Below, one piece after another: positions 1-12,189 of a stretch of 64,000 nucleotides of DNA (positions within the stretch are counted from its first letter, which is position 1; the number at the start of each line of letters is the position of its first letter). The stretch is taken from the NCBI GenBank assembly GCA_964247055.1, contig OZ176059.1:1488001-1552000 (forward strand), read 5' to 3'. Origin of the DNA: Paragordius varius. Its lineage: Eukaryota; Animalia; Nematomorpha. The position numbers and the translations under genes are program-made. Under the pieces are notes generated by a model. It searched no databases and was not told where the DNA came from. It was given only the letters and a program-made list of their open reading frames with translations.

Positions 1-633
1 CATGTGTATTGTGTTACATGCATTTAAGGGAAAGTTTCAAAAAGTTGAATATTTAAGGATGGCGAGGTGATATTAACTAAGATATGTTAGAATCCTATAC
101 AATTTTTATAAAACTATAAGTAGAGACAAAATAATATTTGATAAAATTGAAAAGAATAGCAGCGATTGTCAAATATTTTAAACCGGTAAAAAGATTCAGG
201 AAAATGCTGTATGTAGATTATGCGAGGATAAAACAGGGTTTAACAGTCAAGCGCAAACTTAAAATGGTTTAAATGATATAGAAATCTAAAAAGATGGCCG
301 AAAATTTGTGAATAGATTTATATAATAGAGCTAATTATATTTTGTTACTCCCATTTATGCTAAATATATCTGCGCAGAATTTAGACTTCGAATATGGTTA
401 TTATATATTACTCGTTTTGTACGTAACTTTGTACTATAATACGGTTGTCATAATAATTTCCCAAAATAATTTTAGGGGTAAGAAGCTAATTTTAATCATA
501 TTATAATATTTATAGAACCCTATGCAAACAAATTAATTTTTCGCTATGCATAAAATTTTTTTTGATTCTAATCATTTTTTAATCCAATTTTTTTAAATTT
601 ATGATTTATTTAAAAATAAATTTGAAATTGTAA

Positions 634-1083
634 TTATTTGTCATTTTTAACAAGCATATTTGGTATTCCTTTGTTTATTGGGAAAATATGGTTTGTTTCT
701 GGGCATATCAGTTCCCCTTCTTCTATATCAACCTATATATAATAATTTTATTATTACCTCAAAAAGAGCATGATGGACATTTTGTAGAAAGGCGTCGTCT
801 TTTTCAAAATTTTCTGGTTTCATTTCACTTAATGAATCACCGTATCCAAGCTAATATAATAACACACATTTCAAACTTGTTTTGCAGTTTTTACAAATAC
901 ACCCCAATCAAGTTTTTCTATCATTCGCACAACAAAATCAGAATTAAATTCGACTTCTGTCAATTTTGTTTCTTTAGCCTACAATTAACATATATAAATG
1001 TTTACCTTTAGCTCTAAGGGATAACCAGTTAACACTCCTTTAATGCATCTTGAAGTAAGCATGTTATGGGTTAACAATTTCAT
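634..1083 (-). CDS. TRMT112: TRM112-like methyltransferase activator subunit, 123 aa, 4 exons
   Basis: Exons 1083-1006, 978-877, 850-758 and 732-634, joined by GT-AG introns of 27, 26 and 25 nt, give MKLLTHNMLTSRCIKGVLTGYPLELK/AKETKLTEVEFNSDFVVRMIEKLDWGVFVKTAKQ/LGYGDSLSEMKPENFEKDDAFLQNVHHALFE/VDIEEGELICPETNHIFPINKGIPNMLVKNDK*. The MKLLTHN start and the EG.L.CPE...FPI..GIPNML end are Trm112 hallmarks. Not in the ORF track. Confidence 0.95.
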
Positions 1084-1320
1084 TGTTACGTTATTACGGG
1101 TGTTTAATTTTAAACTAGTGACTGAATATTATCATATTTGTTACATAAAACGGCAATTAATTATTTAAGTATTTTATTTTCATATAAACCATTTTGTGTG
1201 TTAAATAAATTTTTTAGACGAAAAGCAAATTTTTATTTTCAAAATATCACTCGAATATATTATAAATTCTATATAAAAAGGAACAATATTTTAATTTTAA
1301 ATTTTAGATGTGGTCTCAAA

Positions 1321-2012
1321 ATGTCTCATATTTTTGTCCCTTTTTGAAAATGGCCCGATATTATTTTTTAATGTATGCTTATGGCATCAAAAAATATTTT
1401 CGAAAAATGTATACTTTGTTCTAAAAATCAATACAAAATTTTAGTGAAGCTTACGGCTATTTTGATATATAATGGAAACGGTAGATAAACGCTTTAAGAT
1501 ATTGAAAAACCATTCGTATTAAATTTATGTAAAATAGCAGAAAAAATCGTCACTTTGATAAGCCGATCCATCAACACCCCTAAATCGCTTCGGCAAATAG
1601 AACATGCTGTGTTTAGTGGGATAGGAGCAGTATATATTATAATTATCTCGAGTGCAGTAAATCCGTTAATATACTATATCGCCAATATAAGATTAATTCA
1701 AAATTTGCACTAATTAAAAAACGGGAATTGGCAATAAGACGTAGCAAAGTAATTTCTGCAAGAAAATAATCCGTCTCACGCGTACACCTTAAAACTGCTA
1801 TGATAGGATATTCTTCCGCATCCGCTGTATTCTCCGGACCTGGATCCATCCAACTATTACCCCTTCGCATCAATGGGGCACACGCTCGCACAATATTTTG
1901 GAAGAGTTTGAAAATGGCATGACAAATGGTTATCGCAAATGGCAATCAGTTTTGTAGCATGGCATTCATATATTACCTGACTTAAAGGCCAAATGTGTAG
2001 AAGCTGATGGAG
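1321..2012 (+). mobile_element. Decayed mariner transposase remnant
   Basis: Across stops and frameshifts it reads MSHIFVPF...FSEAYG, then CV*WDRSSIYYNYL...SVN, then DILPHPLYSPDLDPSNYYPFASMGHTLAQYF. The last is the mariner HPPYSPDLAPSDY catalytic motif. Confidence 0.8.
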
Positions 2013-2640
2013 AATAATAATAATAATTACATTATATGATATCACTATTTCGAGCGGTCATATCCGTAATCTATTTCGCCGTAGAACCCTGTCTGTGGCG
2101 TCCTCGCGTTTTAGGTTCAGTTTTGCCATGTCCCTCTTACCTGTATCTATCCATCACGTTTTAGGGCGTCCTTTTCCCCTCTTGCCTTTAACAAAAAAAT
2201 CATCAATATTTTTACCAATGTAATTATTATCTCTTCTTTCTACATGTCCGAACCATCTTAAACGATTTACCATCATCTTTTGCGTTACCGGTTTAATTTC
2301 CGTACTTCCTCTTATGTAGACATTCCTCACCTTGTCATTCCTCGTTACACCGCACATCAATCTAAGCATTCTCATTTTAGTAACCTCAAAGTGCCTTTCT
2401 TCTGATTTCTTTATTGCCCATGTCTGTGAGTTGATCATCATTGTTGGCTGTACAAGAGCACTGTAAATCTTACCCTTTACTTTTAGGTCAATATTTTTGT
2501 CGCACAAAACATTTAAGATCTTTTTATAATATGCCCAACTATTTCGAATTCTTAAATTAATATCATGCGTTAATGAACCATCTGCTGCTAAAATCGCTCC
2601 TAAATATTTTCATTCCTCCTGACATTTTAATACTTGAGTA
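2013..2640 (-). mobile_element. 5'-truncated RTE-clade non-LTR retrotransposon (RT C-terminus and 3' tail)
   Basis: KYLGAIL, then ORF 2154-2507 (KGKIYSALVQPTM...RLRWFGHVERR...GKRGKGRPK), ending in an (ATT)n tail at ~2013-2027. Confidence 0.85.
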
Positions 2641-3279
2641 AAATAATAATTAAATTCCCTTAAATTTTTTACAAAAAAAAACCGGTATAAACTTATGACT
2701 ACACTTGATACTCCTTATAAATAAAGATATATTTGAAATAATTTCCTCTCTTATACATTTATTTAGTTGATTAGTATGTGATTTAATTTACACAATGATT
2801 TAAAAATTAAACGAAATAATGCAGATTTAACAAGTCTTAAACAACAATTATAATAAGATATGAATATAAATTCAAAAAATTTGAGCCATATTTCTTTCCA
2901 ATCTTTAAAATGGAAATTATAGTGACAAAATGTAAAAACATAAAGACAAATATTTTATAAAAGACGATAATATTTCAAAACTTGATTATTTATACATAAA
3001 TTATATTTATTTCTGATTTTCATTAATTGTGTTACCAATTAACATTTCTATTCCTTTATCCGCAATTCAAAACGATAAACACAAAAAAGTTTTACATATG
3101 GTATTATGCAAAAAAATATGATTGCCTTTATATTTTTACATTTTGTCTTCATCTTTAAAATAATATTTTTACTGTATCTATGCAAAAAATTATTTATATA
3201 ACAATAAATATGACAAATAATTATTTCAAAAAATTGGTTCCATCTTTCAATCTTAGTTCAACTGGCTAATTTAAGGTAG

Positions 3280-6200
3280 TTATTTGGTTTTAAGTTCTTG
3301 GGCTGTCTTCATTCGCGACAAACGATGTGTAAACAATTGTTGAGCGTATGCATAAAGTTTGAGGTCGAGTTTATTAGCTCGTCGTATGTACCGTCGGACA
3401 GCTTGTATCCGTGGACTATAATACGGACATACATGGATACCCCGACCAAGTAAGGTACTTATCGTAGTATCCAAATCATCAATATGGTGTGAAGCATGAT
3501 CTATGGGTGTACCTACGCCCCCATTTCTAAGTTCCACCCCAAAAGCATGGGAAAACAAGGCCTTAGTTCCATTTATATCCTCCAACAAACCAAAAAATTG
3601 AAAACGGTCTCGAAGATTGCGTTTAGCCGAAGCTAACATATCACGTTCAGCGGCTTTGATTTGCTCCCGACTAGGTGAGTAGATAATAAATGTATAATAT
3701 ATTGTACGATAAATGTTTGGTTTTTGTCAAAGAAACATTAAATAAATAGTATAACTAAATATTTTAATTTCAATAATCATAATGTAATTTCGTGCCGGTT
3801 GGCACTCATCGTATTGTCCTTATTTATTAAAGGTCACGGATCTTCAAATTGTATACATGACTCGAATACTCTAATAAATTAATATTGGGATTATAATTCA
3901 GTTATAATTGAATGAATTTATTAAAGTGAATTTTCGGTTACTACAAGTAATCTTTGTCAATCGTAAAAATAGAATTAAATATAAATTAGAATATAAATTA
4001 AAAATAGTAAAATTAGTTTATTTTTAAAAACACATATAATTCAATTTCGTTTTATATATACCATTTGCACTTCAAGAGTGTCCTTGAACAGTTTGGTCCT
4101 TGAACAGTTTAAGTGGTCCTTGAACAATTCAAGTTGGTCGTTAAAATTTAAATTTTGATTTAACCATAATTTTTCATTTATTTTTTAATTTTATTATTTA
4201 TAAACCTATTTTTTTATTTATTATATATTTATTCATTTTAAAATAAAAATTTTTATTGACAAACCACTTTTTTGTTTCAAACTATTTTTTTTCAATTGAA
4301 CAAAATTATTGACTTTTAAATGTTTTTAATAATAATTAATAACACAGAAAACTTATATCATTTCGAGTTAAAATCTTATAAATATCCAAAATTTTAAGAA
4401 TTTAATAAAGATATACTGTTTCTCAAAGATTATAAGTTGATTTCGATTTAAAATTTATAAATTATAGAAAATAGGTTAAAAACAATAAAATAGATAAATC
4501 ATTTACGTTTGATTGATAAAAATTAAAAACAAAACAGAAAAGTCAAAGGACCAACTTGAAGTGTTTAAGGACCAACTTGAAATGTTCAAGGACCAACTTG
4601 AACTGTTTAAGGACCAACTTGAAGTGTTCAAAGCTGTTCAAGGACCACCTTGAATTGTTCAAGGACCAACTTGAACTGTTCATGGATCAACTTGAACTGT
4701 TCAAGGACCAACTTGAACTGTTCAAGGACCATCTTGAACTGTTCAAGGACCACCTTGAATTGTTCAAGGACCAACTTGAAGTGTGGACACTCTTGAAGTG
4801 CAAATGGTATATCAAAAAATTTAAAATGGTTGAAAAACTAATTCCGATATTAATTGCCTTTTTTTGAATAATAATAATGGAAATACATGCGCTCACCCTT
4901 ATATATAATCCTAAGAAAATATTGGATCAAGATTTATTTATTATAAATTTAAATTGCCAATGTTGGGCAAACAGAGGCATAGCTATAGAAGGGGTACAGA
5001 TTTTACAAAATCTTGATTTTATTTCGAAAAATAGTATTTAAAAGAGCCATAATTTTAAATAATACAGATAAAATGACCCATTTAAGAGTTCGGTTTAAAA
5101 TTGATTTTTTAATACAAGGGGTCGCATGGAGAGGGAGCTGATGCCAGAAATGCAAGCTACGCCTCTGTGGATACATGCACTCTTTTAAAATAATCTAATG
5201 GCAAATTATTATTATCTGTAGAAAAACAGTTTTTAGGTGTTTTTTAATAGTTCACCAATATTGAACCGTATTTTGTAGTTAATAAAAAAGCCTCACATTT
5301 CTTTCAAAGATTTTCAGGCAGGTTCTTTAATATAATTCGGTACTGGATTATGGTCCAATTAAAATTTAGTAAAAGCATATCTGGTTTTGAAGCTAACATA
5401 TATACCCCAAAAACTTTTAAAGTTTCTTTGTTTGTTGTAAAGGGATTACTATTACGATTACAATACAATTATAAAAGCATAAAACAATCGATTATTGCTG
5501 AGGCTTAAAAAGGTTGTTATTAAATAAAAGTTATAAACTATGTGTACATTTAAAAAATATCCTGGAATTAAGCAGCAAAAAAATATTTTAATTCCAATTA
5601 TAAAGCATTATGCAAAATAAAATTAACCATCATCGTACCTGAGAGTTGAAGTGTTTACACACACATCCAAAACATATTGAGGATCACTCAAATGTTTTGT
5701 CATGCGATTGTTGGCCCAATTCGTAGGGCATGTCGCAAATTGTTTAATTGACAAAGGAACTAACGAATTACGTTTTCTTCCTTTTTGTTGGATTACAGTA
5801 GAAGTATTACTACGCTCTATGGTATCATTCCCACAAGAATTTGCAATATATTTGGGTGGTTTTTTAAGGATCATACTACTGATTTGAGTATCTAAAGCTC
5901 CATCTTGCCCAGATTGTGTCGGTGGGCAAAGAATGAACGATCCAGGCCAGGAAACCCCTTGTAAAACAGTGTTTGCATATTCACTCAAATACCGCATCAT
6001 CGGTTCACGCAACATAGTTATGTAATAGTATCTATGTACGTGTAGGTAGTATATACCATTTAGACTTCAAAATCACTTCTTGAAGACTTTAAATTCACCC
6101 TCGAACATTTGTAAATAAGTTTTTGGACTTAATGAAATCAATACTGATGTAAATTATTTCTTTATGACACAGATTTATAATTGTTTTGTATTATTTTATT

Positions 6201-7653
6201 TTTGACAAAATTTTATTTTTTATATATATCAAATATAGGTATTTTTTATTTTTAATATAAATTTATTTTTAGGGTAAATTTAAAACGTTCAGGATAAATT
6301 TGAGTGCATAAGGGTGAATTTAATATATTAGTCGTTGAAATATTCCAGTGTATAATTATATAATTGTAAAAAAGTTTGTTTTAAACATGGGAAAAAATAA
6401 AGTCAAAAACGGATATATCGATACTAACTTACGTGTACTTTAAACCCGTTAATAATTTTTTAATGTTTGTTAAATAAAAATTTAATTTTACAGTGATGTG
6501 AATCTTAAAAATTTGATTTTCACATATGTCCTTATAAAAAATAATTTTTATGCTTAATAATAAGGTTTAACCACCAAGGAATTTGAAATACAATATGTGG
6601 CCAAAACACTTTAAGTCCATTTTTTTGCACAAATAGAAAACTTTTTTTCGAAAAAAATTTTAAGAGTTACTAAATCACAATATATAAAAATTAATACTTA
6701 TAACTACCTAGATTCAGGATGGTATGATCGTTTAAGTCGTTTCTGTAATTTTTCGTAATACATTTTGCCACGTGGTTTTATTACACCCTTATGGTATTCG
6801 AGCCCGTATCTACGTAAGTAACTTCGTAAACTTTTTTGAATCTGGCTGTTGGAAAAAGCATTAAATCCATCATTTTCCTGATCAATATCATCATCATTGA
6901 TTGTTTTAGTTGTTTGATTATTATTTTGATTAGTTCTGTCAGCTTTTAAAACATTTTCGCCCCCGTTGGTCGTCAGTGAAGCGTTTAAATGTAATATAGA
7001 CCTTAAAGCTCCAACATAACCCGCAAATGGAAGACAATCCCTTGTTTGTACATATGTCGCATGAACACCACAGTATGACCAACCATGGGTAGCACGGGTT
7101 TGTAACCTTTAATATTTTGTTTTAAGAGCATGAAATTATTTTAGAAAATGGTAAAAAAAGATTAATTAAGTTGCAGAGATTTTTGGTATTAGTTAGCCCC
7201 GTTTTTAATTTCTAGTTTTTAAATCTAAAGGTGAAAATATCTGTATGTGGGCTCAATCAGAATCGCATTTTATATTAGTTTTTAGTTAGTATTAATTTAA
7301 TCTATGATTTGATAAAAAATATTTAAGTTTCATATACATCAAAAATGAAATAATTAATTTTAAGAAAAGCATTGAAAAGCTTCTTAAAAAATATTTTTTC
7401 CCACATTTGCTAATAAAGTATCTTTCAATTCATGGACGAGTTGGTTATACCCAATCAATTATGATTTTTTTAGTTAATATAGCTTAAAATATACTCTCCC
7501 CTGGTGTTCAAGTGTATGGTAAAATCTATTTTTCTCTATAAATTTTTCAAAAGACTATTTAAACAAATTTTTCTGAAGTTCATACAAGTATATTAATTTA
7601 TCCGATCTTGGTTGATGGTTCCCAACCTGTAAATTTTTTTATAAAAATTAAAA

Positions 7654-7698
<45 letters not shown>

Positions 7699-10600
7699 TG
7701 CTAAAGTCGATTCCGACTAACTGCAACATTGAAAATAAAGCTTCTCCATTCACTGCGATTTCCGGTTTTGGTGTTTAGGTCGGATAATGATTGGTTGGTT
7801 TCTTTAAGGATGTTATCCATCCAACGAGTTCGTCTTCTCCCTCTTTTTCAGGCACCACTCACTTTCTCCAGCATCAGTGATTTTTCAAGTGAGCTGGATC
7901 TCATGATGTGCCCGAAAAAGAAGAGTTTTTGCCGTGTTAAGCTGCCAAGAAGTGACATTTCTGGGTTAATTTTATTTAGAATGGTGGTGTTTGAAACTTT
8001 GTCTGTCCATGTTGTTTGGAGAAGTTTCCTCCATACCCATAATTCGAAAGAGTTTATTAGACGTTCATCATATTTTTTCAATGTCCAGCTTTCCCCCCCA
8101 TACATGAATGTGGGGAAAACTGTAGCTTTGATTAATCTGATTTTGGTTTGTAGTTTAATGTCATGTGACATCCAAATCCTGTTATATTTAAAAGTTACTG
8201 CTTTAGCAATAGCAATTCTTCGCTTTATTTCAGGCGTAGAGTTGTTCTCATTATTAATAATGCTACCTAAGTCGTGTAGCTGCTAACTGTTTCGATCTGG
8301 TTGCCGTTGAGGATTATTGGATTGGTTTGAGCCGGATTTATTTGCATGACTTTTGTTTTTTTGAAATTGATATTTAATTCAAATTTATTGCATTCAGTTG
8401 TAAACACTTGCAAGGCTTGCGATAATGTGTCTACACTGTCTGCGAATAAGACTGTATCATCCGCGTAGTGAACGGATGTAAGTAGGTTCCCACCTACGTT
8501 GCCGTAAGTTTGTGGGATATTTCTTATAATGCACTCCAGGTATGCGTTAAAAAGAATTGGTGATAAAACGCATCCTTGACGGAGGCCGACTTGTACCTTA
8601 CATGAGTCAGATATACCGTGAGGAGTAGATACTACAGCCGTGGAATTTGAATAAATTGAAAATATGATGTTGATTAAATGTGTTGACACTCCGAGTTGTT
8701 TTAGAGCTTTCCGTAGTTTATTGTGCTGGATGGAATCAAATGCTTTGGAAAAATCGACAAAGCACATATGCAATTCTTTGTTAAATTCTATGTGTTTCTC
8801 GATTATCCACCTCATGTTACATATCATCGGCATCCTCTACCTTTTCGAAAACCAGCCTGAATCGTGGATATCTCTGGGTCAAGAATGGAATTTAGACGAA
8901 ACTGTATTATTTTTAGAAAAACTTTGGACACCTGGTTTATGAGCGCTGTGGTGCAATAGTTGTCACACAATTCTGGGTTACCCTTTTTTAAAATCGGAAT
9001 CATAATGGATGTGCACCAATATCATATTTATCTTAGGCGATTTTAACTCAATCATCGGAACAGACAAAACACCTCCTATGACGGGCGGCATGGGCTTGGG
9101 CATAAAAAACGAGAGAGGAGACAGATTGATTGAAATTTGTGCTAACCATCGTTTCTTCGTCGCAAACAGATTTTTTAAACAGCCCAAACGACGTCTATAC
9201 ACATGGCGCTCCCCGTGTCAAAGATACCGTAACCAGATTGACTTCATATTAGGTATGGTAAAATACAAAAGTTCATTTCATAATGTCAAATGCCTACCAG
9301 GATCGGATTGCTACAGCGACCACAACCTATTGATCGCCAAACTCCGAATTAAATTACAACTTCCTATAACATCCAAACCCACAAGAACAAGATTAGATTA
9401 TGATACAATCGACGACAAGTTTAGCACCGCTTTATTAAATCGTTTCGATTGTCTTGATCATAATTCCGAAAACTATCAGGATATAAACTTTTTTTGGAAC
9501 GATATATATACAATCTGCCGAGACACAGCCGACGAATTCTTTTGGCCTCTCAAACGCAATAAACAAAAAATAAAATTGTCAACCAAAAGTCTCGAGATCG
9601 CAGAAAAACGTAAAGAATCCAAAATCAAATGCATATGGGATGAATACAAACAACTAAACAGTGAATTTCAGAAGAGTGCAAGAGAGGACACAAATAAGTA
9701 TTATGACCAACTATGTGAAAAATTAGAAACAGACGCCAAAAATAACCAAAACCTCTTTGCCCATGCAAACAATATTATTCCACACAAAAAAGTTTTTTTA
9801 TAAGGGACCTATGAGAAACGACAACAACTCAATCGTCACTGAAAAAGACGAAATTCGCAAACTATGGCACAAACATATAAACAAACTATACAATGTAAAT
9901 AACCCCCAAACTATTAACGAACTTACTAAACAAAAAGAACCACCTATTATGAAAGAAGAAGTGGAACTCGCTATAAAACACTCTAGCACCGGTAAATCAG
10001 AGGGCCACAAAGACATCCCTACTGAAATAATAAAATACATTCCAATCGATATACTCACCAAATTATTTCAAACCATATTTGAGATGGAAAATTCCTGAGG
10101 ATTGGTGCACACACATATATATATATATATATATAGGATTATAAATAAGACAGCCCGCGTAACTGGATAAAACAAGGTCCTATTATGAAACAACTTTGAA
10201 ATCCTATAACCGGTTTAAAAGTAAGGTTCAAAAATTAATTTAAACTACATTCCGGGCACTTTTTAACAATTATGCACTACTACCCATTTCTTTGCGAATA
10301 ATAACACTTCATATTTCGATTACATTTTAAAAATATAATCGATATAACTTTTATAAATTCGTATCAATATAAATATATTTTATACCAGCTATCATTAAGG
10401 CTTTGGAGTTGTAAATATTTCCTGTAACTTTTAGCACTCTCACCTTTTTTTGCCATCCATGGGTAAAGTAACGTTTTATTTATTATGCCAACAACTGGAT
10501 TAATTACCGTTATATCTTCATCATCTTCAATGGTTTGTTGGCGGCTTTGATAAAATAGGGTATTAGTAATAATTTCGTCTTGTTGTTTAAGGGACGACGA

Positions 10601-11176
10601 TCTAGGACATTGACAAATTTCTTGAGTGTTTTTACGGATAGTTCCACGGCCTTTTTTGCTTAACACTTCATTCGCATTATTTGTCGCCTTAAATTTGGCC
10701 TGACATGCGCAGGGCGGTAATGAGGCGATAGATTGTGTTAGAAATCGATTAAAACGACTCCCTCCCGTTTTTTGAATGTGAACGAAGGCTATGACATCCT
10801 TGGTGACATCAAATTTGACCGGGATAAATGGATCAATCAGGATTTTTGTTTCATCAGTTTTACTTATATTGTTATCAGATTTCGGCATTTCAACTTTTTC
10901 ATCATTTATACTAATATTGTCCTGAGATGCTATAATGAAAGGCAAAGTAGAGTTTATTAGGACAGTTGATAATAAGGGTTTTACATTTTTAATCTTTGCC
11001 ACAGATTTTGGATTTTTGTTATTACCTTTATTACTAGCGTTTGGTAGTTGTTTTCGTAAAGTTGGCTCTGGTTGAACCAAAACAGCATTGATGATTGGAA
11101 AGAATTGATTAGATAGCACAATTATGGTAATTAATAGATGATATAATATATATATTAATTTGGAATTGCTATTCAT
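3280..11176 (-). CDS. HS6ST: Heparan-sulfate 6-O-sulfotransferase, 657 aa, 4 exons
   Basis: Exons 11176-10386, 7106-6708, 6031-5639 and 3670-3280; all introns are GT-AG and phase 2, and the CDS is 1974 nt and open. It has an N-terminal hydrophobic anchor, the 5'-PAPS loop VIAFVHIQKTGG, GWSYCGVHA, YYYITMLREPMMRYLSEY, CPTNWANNRMTKHL, LASAKRNL..FQFFGLLE and NKLDLKLYAYAQQLF, all matching the HS6ST family. Confidence 0.93.
4059..4809. mobile_element. Foldback MITE, type I (TACCATTTGCA termini, 21-bp GAACACTTCAAGTTGGTCCTT subterminal arrays)
   Basis: Starts TACCATTTGCACTTCAAG and ends CTTGAAGTGCAAATGGTA; the 21-bp repeats are inverted between the two arms. Lies in HS6ST intron 3. Confidence 0.85.
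4972..5167. mobile_element. Small hAT-like MITE
   Basis: Terminal inverted repeat CAGAGGCATAGCT / AGCTACGCCTCTG; the flanking 8-mers match only 5/8, so it is old. Confidence 0.45.
7685..10111 (-). mobile_element. RTE/BovB-like LINE with inverted 5' segment, in HS6ST intron 1
   Basis: The minus strand 9020->7685 carries the RT (WCTSIMIPILKKG, FVDFSKAFDS, GLRQGCVLSP, YADD) and a (CAA)n tail. The plus strand 9021->10111 carries the endonuclease C-half and linker (ILGDFNS, NQIDFIL, SDHNLL ... IPEDWCT). Both sides are flanked by (TA)n; the site is empty in unit B near 36200. Confidence 0.9.
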
Positions 11177-12189
11177 GGCACACGGTTGTTGGTTTTATAA
11201 AATGTAAAACGTTAAAAAACTGCTATTCCAAATAGGTTTAGAAGAATGATTTGACAATTTTTTTATTCTTAAGATATATATATAAAGTCTTCCCTTGAAT
11301 ATAAAGGTAAAAATAAGCCGACGATAATGTATGATATTATCTATAAAATCCGAAAAATGGGTCAGTCGGTTCGTTATTGGCGTGAGTATGAGAAAGAAAT
11401 ATTAGTATACGTTGTTTTGTTGACATAAAAGCTTATATCACTTGTTTAAGCTTTTGAGCAAATAACCTATTCATTATTTATTAAACCAGAGGCGGGGGCC
11501 TTTATTTTTACATAGGAAATGTAAAAAAAAATGTAATCTGTATATATCCTGTTAAACCGGTTATATATTTGATTTATTCAACATTGAAAAACTATTTCAA
11601 TGATAATATCCAATCATCAAATACTATATATAATAGGTGTTGTTTGTATGGGCGAACAGATTAAGGGTAAGGAAAAAGGCTATTTAGCTACACTAAATCA
11701 ATATTAGATTTAATATGGACGGGTGTAATAAAAAATTATTTGTTTTTAATTACCCGAATGAATGTTGAATTTAATTTAAACATGGCTGCAAAAAAATAAA
11801 AAATAAATTTGAATAAAATGAAAGAAACATATTGTTAATGTGTAAAAAACTGTTTGTTTGAAACAAAGCTAAATATTTTACGCTTAAAGTATATGCTCGC
11901 CAGCCGATGTAATACAATAGATAATTGACCTCCAAAAAATGTTTATTATACCCCTTTACCAATTTTATTGGGCAAGGTAAAGAGAGGGGTAAATACATAT
12001 TGTCAAAATGTTTAGGTTATACATTAGTATATATATATTGTAAAATGTGGATTAATATACCCAATTAAGGCATATGTTTATGTAACCTATAATCTATTTT
12101 GGGTTAAAAAAACAATGGATTTAAAAGCTGTTCAATAATAATTAAATTTTTTACAAGCATAACGTAGTAGAAACGTTAGGCATACTAGA

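Noticed and set aside
1-300. Possible LINE C-terminal remnant (CRLC-like motif)
   Set aside because: Too short and stop-ridden to support.
688-1011. 107-aa plus-strand ORF
   Set aside because: Antisense shadow of TRMT112.
1643-2045. Two minus-strand ORFs with plausible composition
   Set aside because: Antisense to the mariner transposase remnant.
4540-4800. Regular 21-bp repeats resembling a CRISPR array
   Set aside because: No unique spacers or cas genes; the repeats are tandem and mirrored in the other MITE arm in eukaryotic DNA.
4556-4896. Heptad-repeat ORFs (LELFKDQ / RTNLKCS), also at 33333-33687, 55988-56173 and 58703-59023
   Set aside because: Translations of the 21-bp MITE arrays, not coiled-coil genes.
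7729-8286. 185-aa plus-strand ORF (and 8664-8942, 9798-10061)
   Set aside because: Antisense to LINE coding sequence.
11180-12010. Well-conserved block upstream of HS6ST as a hidden gene
   Set aside because: A/B indels are not multiples of three and no protein motif was seen; more likely promoter or UTR.
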